In this document: positions 1 through 8,972 of the stretch, in pieces
Numbering within the stretch: position 1 is the stretch's first letter
Layout of the letters: the number at the start of each line of letters is the position of its first letter
Source of the DNA: an uncultured Leptolinea sp.
Lineage (GTDB): Bacteria > Chloroflexota > Anaerolineae > Anaerolineales > Anaerolineaceae
Direction: 5' to 3'
DNA length: 35,305 nucleotides
Assembly (NCBI GenBank): GCA_964420535.1
Contig: CAYQTY010000001.1
Location: 1-35,305 of the forward strand
Made by a program: the position numbers and the translations under genes
The notes under the pieces: generated by a model
The model's database searches: none
What the model saw: only the letters and a program-made list of their open reading frames with translations
What the model was told of the DNA's origin: nothing

Positions 1-3
1 AAA

Positions 4-640
4 ATCCGCTTGCATCTACCGCGGCAAATTCGGGAGTTTGATCATGGATGGAAAAGCATCCTGGCAAACCACAGTTGACGCGTACGCGGGCGGGAATGGT
101 GACATACTCCATAAGATACATTAATTTTCCCCGGCATCAACCCGGGAAATTGATCCAGTTTCCCGTGAACACACACGTATCCCCACCGTGCCGGGGCGGG
201 TTAATAACCCGCCCCTACGATTGATTGATGTTTTGTGAATGGACAGGCCTCAACCGAACTTAACCGCGGATCAATATTTCGGAGTTTCGCCAAACACCTG
301 CCAGAAAGAAACGGATCCTTTCCCCGGCAGTTTTTTGACCGTTCGTGACTGTTGGACAATCCGCCGCTCATTGTTTTTCCCCCAGTGCGGACGGTAAAAA
401 GCCCCCCTTCGTGAAGGGGGGTTGGGGGGATTCAGGTCATATTGAGTCCAACACCCCCGGACGCGCCCACATCCCCAACCAACCCCGGGCGGGTTATTAA
501 CCCGCCCATACGGATGATTGGTGTTTTGTTTTTGGATATGGTTTTTTCAAAATTGTGTCATGGTGGGTTGAACGCGGAAATATATCTTCGCGATTTTTCC
601 CGATGGATAAGCCAATGATCGAGCGTTCAACCCACCTTAC
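4..640. repeat. Mosaic repeat cluster 1
   Basis: Right arm TCCGCTTGCATCTACC (5-20); short REPs at 191-218 and 485-511; CCCCCCTTC-GT-GAAGGGGGG hairpin at 402-432; long-loop hairpin GGTGGGTTGAACGC...GCGTTCAACCCACC-TTAC at 562-640. Confidence 0.85.
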
Positions 641-647
641 AAACGGT

Positions 648-1688
648 CTACGTATCTTTCACCGCCGGAAAAATACACTTCCGCAGCAACTCCACCCGGT
701 CGGTGCTCTTGCGGGTGACTGTTGACGCCACCGCCACCACCAGATCCATTGACGGCACACAGCAGATCATATTCCCCCCGTCACCCATCGCCATTTTGAC
801 CGGCACGCCGCCCTCTTCCCCCAGCCACCAAAGGTATCCGTACTTAAGCTCACCCATGGCATTCACCGCGGGCTGCCACGATGTATCCACCCACGCTTCC
901 GGCACAATCTGACGCCCGTCCCAGCGGCCGCCATTCAGGTAAAGGTACCCGAACCGCGCCATATCCAATGTTGACAGCGTCAGCCCCAGCCCGCCGGTGG
1001 AATTCCCCGCCGGGTCATGCAGCCATCCTTTGGCAAAGGGATCAAAGATGTGGAAGAACGTGAAGCCCTGCTTCGGGTTATCGGCGATGATCCGCATACC
1101 GGTGGGGCCGAACAACCGCCCGTTGGCATACTCGCGGGCGGATTTACCCAACACCCGGGTGAGCACCGCCGAAAGCAGGTGCGCGCCCGACGTGCTGTAC
1201 TTGAAATGCCCGATCCCGCCGCCTTTGCCCAACATTTCGAGCGCGAATTTCACCCAGTCCTTCTGCCCCGGCAGTTTCAGCAGCGGTTCGCGCCAGTCCG
1301 GAAAGGAATACGGGGCGGTCATCGTGAGCAGGTGGCGCAGGGTGACGTCACCGCGGCAGCCGCCATCCATACCGGCGTATTCGGGGAAAAAGTCCATAAC
1401 CTTTTGATCAAGGTTCTTGATCAAGCCGTCGCCCATGGCGATACCCACCAGCGCGGAGACCACGCTCTTGGTGACCGATGCCACGTTGTGGACGTCCGCC
1501 GGGTTGCTGCGGTGGTAGTATTTCTCGCACACCACGTTCCCGCCGCGCACGATGACGATCCCCTTGATGTTCTTGTGCCGCGCGCGGATGAGCGGGTCAA
1601 GCCCGGCCAGAACCACCGGATCCATGCCGGCGTCTTCAGGGTTGACCGCACGCCAGTTTTGCGTCGGCCAGTAGTCGCGTTGAATCAT
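648..1688 (-). CDS. Serine hydrolase, beta-lactamase/AmpC-like family (NylB-like)
   Basis: SxxK (SVTK), YS motif (FKYST), LLTMT, DMARFGYLYLNGGRW and YGYLWW motifs. Start moved from 1748 to ATG 1688, which follows a GGAGG RBS. Confidence 0.88.
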   Translation of the reverse strand: MIQRDYWPTQNWRAVNPEDAGMDPVVLAGLDPLIRARHKNIKGIVIVRGGNVVCEKYYHRSNPADVHNVASVTKSVVSALVGIAMGDGLIKNLDQKVMDFFPEYAGMDGGCRGDVTLRHLLTMTAPYSFPDWREPLLKLPGQKDWVKFALEMLGKGGGIGHFKYSTSGAHLLSAVLTRVLGKSAREYANGRLFGPTGMRIIADNPKQGFTFFHIFDPFAKGWLHDPAGNSTGGLGLTLSTLDMARFGYLYLNGGRWDGRQIVPEAWVDTSWQPAVNAMGELKYGYLWWLGEEGGVPVKMAMGDGGNMICCVPSMDLVVAVASTVTRKSTDRVELLRKCIFPAVKDT

Positions 1689-1792
1689 ACGAAATTCCTC
1701 CATGTTCATGATTTCGCAAGGTTTGGCATCACAGACCGGCTTGATCACCGATCCAGATTATCCAGTTGTGATGTTCCGGTCTACCCGCGGGA

Positions 1793-2695
1793 TTAGACCA
1801 ATGTGAGCGGTTCGACCGGCAGGCAAATATCCACCAGTTGACGTCCGTCCGGGCCGGAAGGCGGCTCGCTGCGGTACAGCTCATACGGGTACGAATTGCC
1901 GGGTTGGAAGCGGCTGTTGGTCAGCCATTGGGCGTACATATAGTCCCACGCGGCATTGAATTCGTCCCGGCGGAGGGCAAAGTGACCGATGGCGTAGTCA
2001 CCGGCCGGGATGACCAGGCTGCCGATGCCGCCCTCTTCGGGAACCGGCGCGCCAGCGGGGATCGCCAGGCACAGGCTGGTGCGCAGATGGCCGTCATCGG
2101 TGAATTCGGGGTTGTCATGGAAGATCGAGAGCATGCGAGGCGGTCCCGGCAGCATGAGGTTGTGACGCACGGCGAAACCAAACACCGATTGGATCATCCC
2201 CGGGTACGCCGCCGGCAGGCCGGCATACGTGCCGGTGTACCGGGCGTAGACCACCCGCATCTCTTCCCGCGTGGTGACTTCCACCGTTGCGTTCAGGCGT
2301 TCCGCGGTTGACTGGTTCCCATTGTACGTCCCCGCCGGGGCCGGAGCTTTGCGATTCTTGCGGTATTCGGCGGGGCTGATGTTGTAGTGCTGGCGGAAGG
2401 CGCGCGAAAAGACAGCCGAATCGCTGAAGCCGTACTGGCAGGCGACGGCCGTCACGGAAAGATCGGGGCGGTGCGCCAGGGCCGATGCCGCGCGCTCCAA
2501 CCGCGTACGGTTGACGTACTGCAGCAGCGTTTCGCCGGTGAGGCCGGAATAGATGCGGTGAAAATGGTATTTTGAAAACCCCGCCACCGCCGCCAGTTCT
2601 TCGAGGGTGGGCGCGGAATCAAGGCGTGTTTCGACATAGTCCTGCACGCGATGGACGCGGCGCAGGTATTCGTCACGGTTAGGGGTGTTGGCCAT
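1793..2695 (-). CDS. AraC-family transcriptional regulator with C-terminal GyrI-like effector domain
   Basis: N-terminal double HTH (LEELAAVAGFSKYHFHRIY...YGFSDSAVFSRAFRQHYNISPAEYRK) and GyrI-like C-terminus (IPAGDYA...AWDYMYAQWL...YELY). Start chosen at ATG 2695 because the ORF extension runs through a repeat. Confidence 0.92.
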   Translation of the reverse strand: MANTPNRDEYLRRVHRVQDYVETRLDSAPTLEELAAVAGFSKYHFHRIYSGLTGETLLQYVNRTRLERAASALAHRPDLSVTAVACQYGFSDSAVFSRAFRQHYNISPAEYRKNRKAPAPAGTYNGNQSTAERLNATVEVTTREEMRVVYARYTGTYAGLPAAYPGMIQSVFGFAVRHNLMLPGPPRMLSIFHDNPEFTDDGHLRTSLCLAIPAGAPVPEEGGIGSLVIPAGDYAIGHFALRRDEFNAAWDYMYAQWLTNSRFQPGNSYPYELYRSEPPSGPDGRQLVDICLPVEPLTLV

Positions 2696-2751
2696 AAGGG
2701 CGATTATAGCGGGATATAAAATTGTTTTGGGAAAAGACAAATGTTCATCTG

Positions 2752-2880
2752 TAGGGTAGATGCAAGCGGAAGGATACATGTCCGAAAACCCATGGCTTGA
2801 ATCCGCTTGCATCTACCGCCACAAATTCGGGTGATTGATCATGGATAGAAATGTTTCCCGGCAGACCACGGTTGATGCGG
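2752..2880 (+). repeat. Long-loop GTAG hairpin plus tail, repeated at window start
   Basis: GTAG-GGTAGATGCAAGCGGA...TCCGCTTGCATCTACC (16-bp stem); 2800-2879 aligns with 4-82. Confidence 0.85.
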
Positions 2881-3118
2881 CAGGAAAAATTGCTTCACCA
2901 GAGCTCGTGCTACAATAAATATTAGCTGTTGGAAAAATCAAACATTTTTTTTTGTTTGAGGGGAATAAAAGTCATAAATAATTATTAGAAGGATTGATAA
3001 GCCATGATGGCGTGATTACCTCAATCTGATTTTCTCGGATGCTTTAAATAATTTGATTTGGAATTTGATTAAATTTCCTTCCACCATACTTAATAAACTG
3101 TTTGAGAAAGTTCGATTA

Positions 3119-3586
3119 ATGAAAAAATTGTTACTAATAATTTTGTTGAGCTATCTGATTCTGGGAATTGGGTGCATTTTTACCATCACTGAATTTATAA
3201 ATTATTCCAACATTTACTCAAATAATTATAAAAACACCCAAACAGCTGAAACCAGCCTATATTTTATGGAATTAAAGGAGAAAACCGGCCTAGAATTTAA
3301 TGATTGGGCTGAAATACGAGAATATATCTATTGTCATCTCCTAAAACGAGGTATGACGCAAAATGAAGTAAATAACAGTCTCTCAATTTTTGGTGACCTG
3401 AAATATAAAGGGGGTTGGGAGATATATTTTGAAAATGATATGACAAATTACAATTTGAGTCCGATAGTTTTATTTTTTAGTGATTACTCAACCGATGCCA
3501 CATTAATAGGGTGGAGTGAATCTACAATAAGTCATCATCCAATACCTTGCTATATTGATGGCCGAATAATGACGCCAGAGGAGTAA
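3119..3586 (+). CDS. AT-rich hypothetical protein with N-terminal signal/TM segment
   Basis: Open frame in visibly AT-rich DNA; MKKLLLIILLSYLILGIG hydrophobic N-terminus; LKRGMTQNEV motif. Confidence 0.7.
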   Translation: MKKLLLIILLSYLILGIGCIFTITEFINYSNIYSNNYKNTQTAETSLYFMELKEKTGLEFNDWAEIREYIYCHLLKRGMTQNEVNNSLSIFGDLKYKGGWEIYFENDMTNYNLSPIVLFFSDYSTDATLIGWSESTISHHPIPCYIDGRIMTPEE

Positions 3587-3724
3587 TTTTATAAATATCG
3601 GAAAAATATTATCAGCGCCAGGGTGAAAGGATCCTCTTTTCCTCCGTGCAATTTTCCGATCTATGGGGTATGTCCTGAAAATCACACCACATTTCTGCGG
3701 CTTTGATTCCAGGTTGGGTATACT

Positions 3725-4055
3725 TTGTTGGGCAAACCGCCGCCAACGGATTGACAGGCTCTAATCGTCAGGTTTAGAAAAGGCCTTCCGGTGGTTTGGT
3801 TAACCCACAAGCAGCAGTTCAGTAGGGGTGGACGCGGTCCACCCCGGGCGAAGTCAGGTAGGTTTCAATGGACGCGTTCGCATCCCCACCGTGCCCGGGC
3901 GGGTTATTAACCCGCTCCTACGAATTTTCGGAAGGTTTTAATGGGAAAAGTAAATCAAACATTTTGAACATCATTTTGCAGGTTAATTGACCATGGACAG
4001 GAACCATAACCGACCGGCACACAAACCCTAAGGGTCTTGAAGACCCTTAGGGTTT
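3725..4055. repeat. Mosaic repeat cluster 2
   Basis: GTTGGGCAAACCGCC...GGTGGTTTGGTTAACCCAC long-loop element; inverted REP doublet at 3822-3921; perfect 33-nt palindrome at 4023-4055. Confidence 0.85.
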
Positions 4056-4208
4056 TAACATTCGGACGTTCCACCCAACCCTAACGAATAACCAATCCCT
4101 GCTTTTTAAGCCAAGCGTATACATGCGCGACCGGCGAAAATAGTACAATAAAAATTATTCTCAGCGGGTAATTTCATTTAAAAAGCTTTTCCTTCTCATG
4201 AGGTCACC

Positions 4209-5570
4209 ATGAATACTGCCCATGCCAGAAATCTTTTTGCCATTGTCACGTCCGCCGTCATGCTGTTCGCGATGGGATCGGCCTTCAACCCCCTTCCCCC
4301 CGTCCCGTTGACGGACGCCTCAGCGCGTCAGGACGCCTCTACCCCGACCCCTACCGGCGTAGCCGAAATCGCGCGCTACTTCGCCGATTTCAACGATGTC
4401 TCCTTCTATTACACCTCCGCCCTGGCCACAAAAGCCACCGCGCGCAAAGTTGAGGCCGTTGCTGACGTCAACAACCCCATCACCCCACGGATGGACCTGT
4501 TTGAGTTCGACAATTACACCGTCATTTCACGCATCAAGCCGCGCATCAGCGTCTTTGCCGTGCAGGATATCAAAGACCTGGGCGGGGTGACAGCCGTCAA
4601 GCAGATCCAGAACCTCGACAACCTGATCGGCACCCAGGTGCCCAACCCGCCGGGCGCTTACCCCGCGCTATTGACCGAACCGGCCAACCAGTTAATCCGC
4701 GCCAGCCTGCGGTACGTCAACTTCCAGAACGGCTCGGGGATCCGCTACCTTGCCCAATACGGCGAACAACCCTGGCCGGTTGACGGCACCCTGCTCTTCT
4801 ATACATATCAGGGCATCACGGCAGACGGGGCGTACTACGTCAGCGCGGTGCTGCCGGTCACCCACCCCGGGCTTGAGGGTGACGACGGATTCAGCAAGCT
4901 GAATAATAACCCGGCTGATTTTCAAGCCGGTTACCCGGCCTATGTGGATTACGTTCAGAAGCAGTTAAATTCTGAACTGCCGAACGCCTTCATCCCCAAT
5001 CTGGCTTCACTGGACGCGATGATGAAGAGCCTGGCTATCGGTAAGACCAGCCCTGCCGCCCCAAAACCCACCGCCGTTCCCACGATGACCATTACCAATT
5101 CGCCTTCGGGCTGCACAAATGAAGCCTCATTCGTGGCGGATGTCACCGTGCCGGATGACACATCCTTCCCGCCGGGCGCCAACTTCACCAAGACCTGGCG
5201 CTTGAAGAATGTGGGCACCTGCACCTGGACGCCCAAATACAAGCTGGTCTTCCAGAGCGGTGACGCCATGGGCGCGCCGGCCGCCGTCACGCTGACCAAT
5301 TCCAATGTGCCGCCCAATTCCAACCTGAATATTTCTGTTAAACTGACGTCACCGCAGGACCAGGGCACCTACCAGGGATTCTTTAAGATGCGCGCGCCGG
5401 ATGGCACGGTGTTCGGCATCGCGCCCAACGGCAGCAATCCGTTCTGGGTGCTGATCAACGTGGTACCGCCCAGTGTGGATACCCCAACCTTCACCCCCGG
5501 CCCTTTGATTCCCATCCAACCCAAATTGACGCTGGTGGTGCCGCCGGTGCTCATCCCACCCAGTCCGTAA
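4209..5570 (+). CDS. Secreted protein with C-terminal NBR1-like Ig (FW) domain
   Basis: Signal-like N-terminus, Pro/Thr linkers, motif FVADVTVPDDT-FPPGANFTKTWRLKNVGTCTW...GTYQGFFKM...FWVLINV; GAGG RBS. Confidence 0.88.
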   Translation: MNTAHARNLFAIVTSAVMLFAMGSAFNPLPPVPLTDASARQDASTPTPTGVAEIARYFADFNDVSFYYTSALATKATARKVEAVADVNNPITPRMDLFEFDNYTVISRIKPRISVFAVQDIKDLGGVTAVKQIQNLDNLIGTQVPNPPGAYPALLTEPANQLIRASLRYVNFQNGSGIRYLAQYGEQPWPVDGTLLFYTYQGITADGAYYVSAVLPVTHPGLEGDDGFSKLNNNPADFQAGYPAYVDYVQKQLNSELPNAFIPNLASLDAMMKSLAIGKTSPAAPKPTAVPTMTITNSPSGCTNEASFVADVTVPDDTSFPPGANFTKTWRLKNVGTCTWTPKYKLVFQSGDAMGAPAAVTLTNSNVPPNSNLNISVKLTSPQDQGTYQGFFKMRAPDGTVFGIAPNGSNPFWVLINVVPPSVDTPTFTPGPLIPIQPKLTLVVPPVLIPPSP

Positions 5571-5576
5571 CCCGAT

Positions 5577-6062
5577 ATGGCAGAGAAATCCGCGCATAAC
5601 CGCGGCTGGCAGATCGGCGAAGTGGTGTTCGGCATTCCATTCCTGATCGGGATCGGGTTGAATATCGTGCTGCCTGCCGCCCTGTACCCTGCCGCTTACC
5701 AACCCGCCGGGATCGCCGTTGGCGTGGCGCTGATCATCGCCGGAATGATGTTGATCTCCGCCGCGCGCCGTGAACTGTCGCGGCTCGGTCAACCCACCGA
5801 CCCCGGACAGCCCACCACGGGACTGGTCACCACGGGCGTGTACGGTTTTTCACGCAATCCTTTATACCTGGCGGCGGTGTTGTTATTCGCCGGGCTGGCC
5901 GTCGTGTTGAATAATTTATGGGTGCTGGGCGCCACCGTTATCGGCGTCATCGTGTGCCATTTTTTGCTGATCGCCCCCGAAGAGCGCTACCTTGAAGAGA
6001 AATTCGGTGAGGAATTTACGCAGTACCGGCAGCATGTCAACCGGTGGCTGGGTAAACATTGA
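5577..6062 (+). CDS. Isoprenylcysteine carboxylmethyltransferase (ICMT/PEMT) family membrane protein
   Basis: LVTTGVYGFSRNPLY and EERYLEEKFGEEFTQYRQHVNRWL signatures. Confidence 0.9.
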   Translation: MAEKSAHNRGWQIGEVVFGIPFLIGIGLNIVLPAALYPAAYQPAGIAVGVALIIAGMMLISAARRELSRLGQPTDPGQPTTGLVTTGVYGFSRNPLYLAAVLLFAGLAVVLNNLWVLGATVIGVIVCHFLLIAPEERYLEEKFGEEFTQYRQHVNRWLGKH

Positions 6063-6072
6063 CCCGCCGGAG

Positions 6073-6405
6073 TTACTTTTTCGCCGGCCGCCGGGTGACT
6101 TCATCCCACAGGTGACGCAGCGCCAGCACAGGGTGATGCCATATCATGCGCGGCCCCGCGTAGCGCATCACCTGCCGGACCTTTTCGCGCATGTCCGGTT
6201 TATAGCAATGCACGGTGCAGCGCCCGCACACCGGCTTGTTCTGCTGGAATTTGCAGTTATCCACCCGTTTCAGCGCATAATCCATCAAGCCGCGGCAATT
6301 GTCACATAGTCCATCAGGAGGATGATGGTTGTCACGGCAATACATGGCGATCATGATCCCCAGGGTTTCGCGTTCACGGTCAAGGCGGGTGGCAGGTGAG
6401 TGCAA
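6073..6405 (-). CDS. Nitrous oxide-stimulated promoter family protein (YgbA-like)
   Basis: MIAMYC...LCDNC...YALKRVDNC...KPVCGRCTVHCYKPDMREKVRQVMRYAGPRMIWHHP signature. Confidence 0.88.
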   Translation of the reverse strand: MHSPATRLDRERETLGIMIAMYCRDNHHPPDGLCDNCRGLMDYALKRVDNCKFQQNKPVCGRCTVHCYKPDMREKVRQVMRYAGPRMIWHHPVLALRHLWDEVTRRPAKK

Positions 6406-6485
6406 AGTTAAACCTTTTTACCAGAATATTCGATTTCGTTTCAATAACATATCAATATTGATAAATTACTGCAATGAAATCCGGG

Positions 6486-7211
6486 TTAAAATCGTTCCGC
6501 CTCAAACTGTGACTGCACCGCGTCTAGAAAGCGGAACAGGTATCCGTTGATCTCAGGGTAATTATGACTCCGTAGCACGGCGGCATTCTGCACAAACGGC
6601 AGGCTTTTGTACGCCACCAGCTCGTCACCGCAGTTAGCGATCATGCCCTCTACCGATTCGCGGGTGAATTCCAGGTGACACTGGAAGCCGTAGGCCTTCG
6701 GTGTGTAGCGCACGATCTGCCGGGGGCAGCCTTTACTGGCGGCCAGCACGGCTGAGTCACGCGTCAAGCCGGGCATGTCACCGTGCCAATGGCCCGAGGA
6801 GAAGACCGGAGGAAACTCCGCGAATACCGGGTCCGCGTTACCCTCGTCCGTCAACGTGACGTCAAACACGCCGATCTCGCGCTGCGGGCTGTGTTCAAAC
6901 GTGCCACCCAGCGCCTCGCCAATGAGCTGCGCGCCCAGGCATACACCCAGCACGTATTTATCTGTGTATATACAGTCGCGGATGAAGTCAATTTCTTCCT
7001 TCGCGTGAAAATGCGGGCATTCGGTCTCGGTAGTGGCCGGGCTTTGCAGCCCGCCCATCACGATCAGGTAGTCCAGCCCGGCGGTGGTGGGCGGCAGCGC
7101 GTCACCGCGGTAAAAACGGGTAAAGGTGAGCGTGTGGCGGTGCTCAACGCCCCAGGTCAATATGGCGCCGGGCGCCTCAAAGGATTCGTGCATGAGTATG
7201 TGGATGTTCAT
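6486..7211 (-). CDS. Class I glutamine amidotransferase (stand-alone, GMP-synthase-like GATase)
   Basis: LGVCLGAQL nucleophile elbow, WHGD, and FQCHLE (His-x-Glu). Confidence 0.9.
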   Translation of the reverse strand: MNIHILMHESFEAPGAILTWGVEHRHTLTFTRFYRGDALPPTTAGLDYLIVMGGLQSPATTETECPHFHAKEEIDFIRDCIYTDKYVLGVCLGAQLIGEALGGTFEHSPQREIGVFDVTLTDEGNADPVFAEFPPVFSSGHWHGDMPGLTRDSAVLAASKGCPRQIVRYTPKAYGFQCHLEFTRESVEGMIANCGDELVAYKSLPFVQNAAVLRSHNYPEINGYLFRFLDAVQSQFEAERF

Positions 7212-7311
7212 GTGGATATTATATAAGGAAGGAACGCGGGTGACAGGCCGGTCGCGGGAAAAATCACCCGAATGGGGAAGGAAAATTCATATTCGAATCG
7301 ATTTTGTTTTT

Positions 7312-7345
7312 ATAGGGTGGGATCGCTTTCGATCCCACCACGGCA
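7312..7345 (+). repeat. RAYT-flanking REP, copy 1
   Basis: ATAG + GGTGGGATCG-CTTT-CGATCCCACC + ACGGCA (10-bp perfect stem). Confidence 0.9.
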
Positions 7346-7481
7346 AGGTCTAACCCAAGACACATCCGGGAGAAGACCACTAAATCTTATGCTTTAATAT
7401 TCTTGTTTATCGTTTTCACTCTATAATTTATATGTAAAAATCAACCTGAGACTCTTCCAAGGGGGAACCACTCATCCAACC

Positions 7482-8033
7482 ATGCCAGAATATCGCCGCA
7501 TCTATCAACCGGGTGGGACCTACTTCTTTACGCTCGTCACCTACAACCGCAAGCCCATATTCCATTCCAAACATGCCCGAGACCTTCTTCACACCGCCTG
7601 GGTTGACGTCAAATCGCGTCATACCTTTGAAACCATCGCGGTATGCCTGCTCCCGGAACACATCCACGCCATATGGAAATTACCGGAAGGTGATGCGGAT
7701 TACGCGATGCGGTGGAAGGAAATCAAACGACTGTTCACGCGGGAATATTTGCGACAGATCGGGTCGGGAGATATTCGCAATGAATCCCGTCAAATTCAGG
7801 GGGAGGCCGCGATCTGGCAGCGCAGGTATTGGGCTCATGTGTTGTTCGATCAAAATGACCTCAACAATCACATTGATTACATCCACATCAACCCGTTGAA
7901 GCATAGCCTGGTTGACCAGGTGTCGGACTGGGAGTATTCGTCATTTCACAAGTATGTGAAGGACGAAATTTATCCGGTAGATTGGGGCGGGAAGATAGAC
8001 TTAAATCTGAAAGATATGAATCGAGGGGAGTAA
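7482..8033 (+). mobile_element. rayT: REP-associated tyrosine transposase (RAYT/TnpA-REP, Y1 HUH family)
   Basis: MPEYRR...GGTYFFTLVT N-terminus, HUH motif PEHIH, WQRRYW, catalytic Tyr in DYIHINPLKH, WEYSSFH; flanked by three palindromic REPs. Confidence 0.92.
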
Positions 8034-8046
8034 ATAATAGAAAATA

Positions 8047-8075
8047 ATAGGGTGGGATCGAAAGCGATCCCACCC
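8047..8075 (+). repeat. RAYT-flanking REP, copy 2
   Basis: ATAG + GGTGGGATCG-AAAG-CGATCCCACC. Confidence 0.9.
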
Positions 8076-8210
8076 CAACACAATTTAACATTATCCCCTT
8101 CCGTGGGAGTACGACAGAAACGCCAAACCGGAATTGCGCCGTATTTATTAATTAGGGTAAAGAGTAAACGATTTTTTATTCGTACGAGAATTAGGTATTG
8201 TCCAAAATAA

Positions 8211-8248
8211 TGCCTTGGTGGGATCGAAAGCGATCCCACCCTATAAAA
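8211..8248 (-). repeat. RAYT-flanking REP, copy 3 (inverted; forms a REPIN-like doublet with copy 2)
   Basis: Reverse complement TTTTATAGGGTGGGATCGCTTTCGATCCCACCAAGGCA matches 7308-7345 with one mismatch. Confidence 0.9.
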
Positions 8249-8266
8249 GCAATAAACGCGAGTGAG

Positions 8267-8956
8267 TTAAATCCCGCTCTTCACCATCATCCGCCAGGCG
8301 ATGAACGCCGCGGCCACATAGGCGCAGGTCTTGGGGATCATCAGCATCCCCAGAAATGGGACAGCCGACGACCACAAGATCACCGGCGCGTAGAACAGGT
8401 ATGAAAGGGCGATCATCCAGCCTATGAGCTCGAAAGGCCTGTCACCCGCTTTGCGCGAATCACGCAGAATCAGCGCCATCACGCCTAGCCCCTGCACCAC
8501 CAGGAAGCCGTTGCGCAGCAGGCTCCAGCCGTAGGGCGGTACCAGCGCCTCCCACTGGTTCTGCGGGAAGGCCATCACGGCAAGGCGGACTATGCCGGCG
8601 GCGATCAGCGCCCACTGGAACCAGCCCATCTTCTTGTTAAAGCGCACACGCCACACGTCCACCAGCAGCATGTAGAACACGGTGACGGTCACCGCGGTGC
8701 TAAGCGCCCCGATGCCCACCAGCGCGCTATTCGCCTCCAATCCGCCGTTCAAAATGGCGAACGCCCTGAAGCCCACGTGCCCGCTGTCACCCAGCGCCAG
8801 CAGCGCGAACATCCACAGCAGGCGCTTGAAAACCGGCCGGTCGGCCGCGGCCGTCTTGCCATAGCGTGCCAGCATCAGGCCTACCACTGTCCAGATGGTC
8901 AGCAAATAGGCGATATTGAAAACCAGTTCCACCATTGTCCGCGATTCAGGGGTCAT
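8267..8956 (-). CDS. Hypothetical multi-pass membrane protein
   Basis: About 7 hydrophobic segments, LALGDSGHVGFR and LMIPKTCAY motifs; GGAGG RBS before ATG 8956; last gene of the MFS-SDR operon. Confidence 0.8.
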   Translation of the reverse strand: MTPESRTMVELVFNIAYLLTIWTVVGLMLARYGKTAAADRPVFKRLLWMFALLALGDSGHVGFRAFAILNGGLEANSALVGIGALSTAVTVTVFYMLLVDVWRVRFNKKMGWFQWALIAAGIVRLAVMAFPQNQWEALVPPYGWSLLRNGFLVVQGLGVMALILRDSRKAGDRPFELIGWMIALSYLFYAPVILWSSAVPFLGMLMIPKTCAYVAAAFIAWRMMVKSGI

Positions 8957-8972
8957 AATTGATCCTCCACCA

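Noticed and set aside
2885-3700. AT-rich genes as integron cassettes (attC)
   Set aside because: I could not identify paired RYYYAAC/GTTRRRY attC boxes at the gene ends, and there is no integron integrase or tandem cassette array.
3728-3810. GGGCAAACC... as a c-di-GMP-I riboswitch upstream of the NBR1-Ig gene
   Set aside because: It is an inverted copy of the repeat at 18509-18595 and lacks the rest of the aptamer.
7482-8033. IS200/IS605 TnpA with TnpB
   Set aside because: No tnpB. The N-terminal GGTYFFT and C-terminal NP.KH/W.YSS motifs plus multiple flanking REPs indicate a RAYT.
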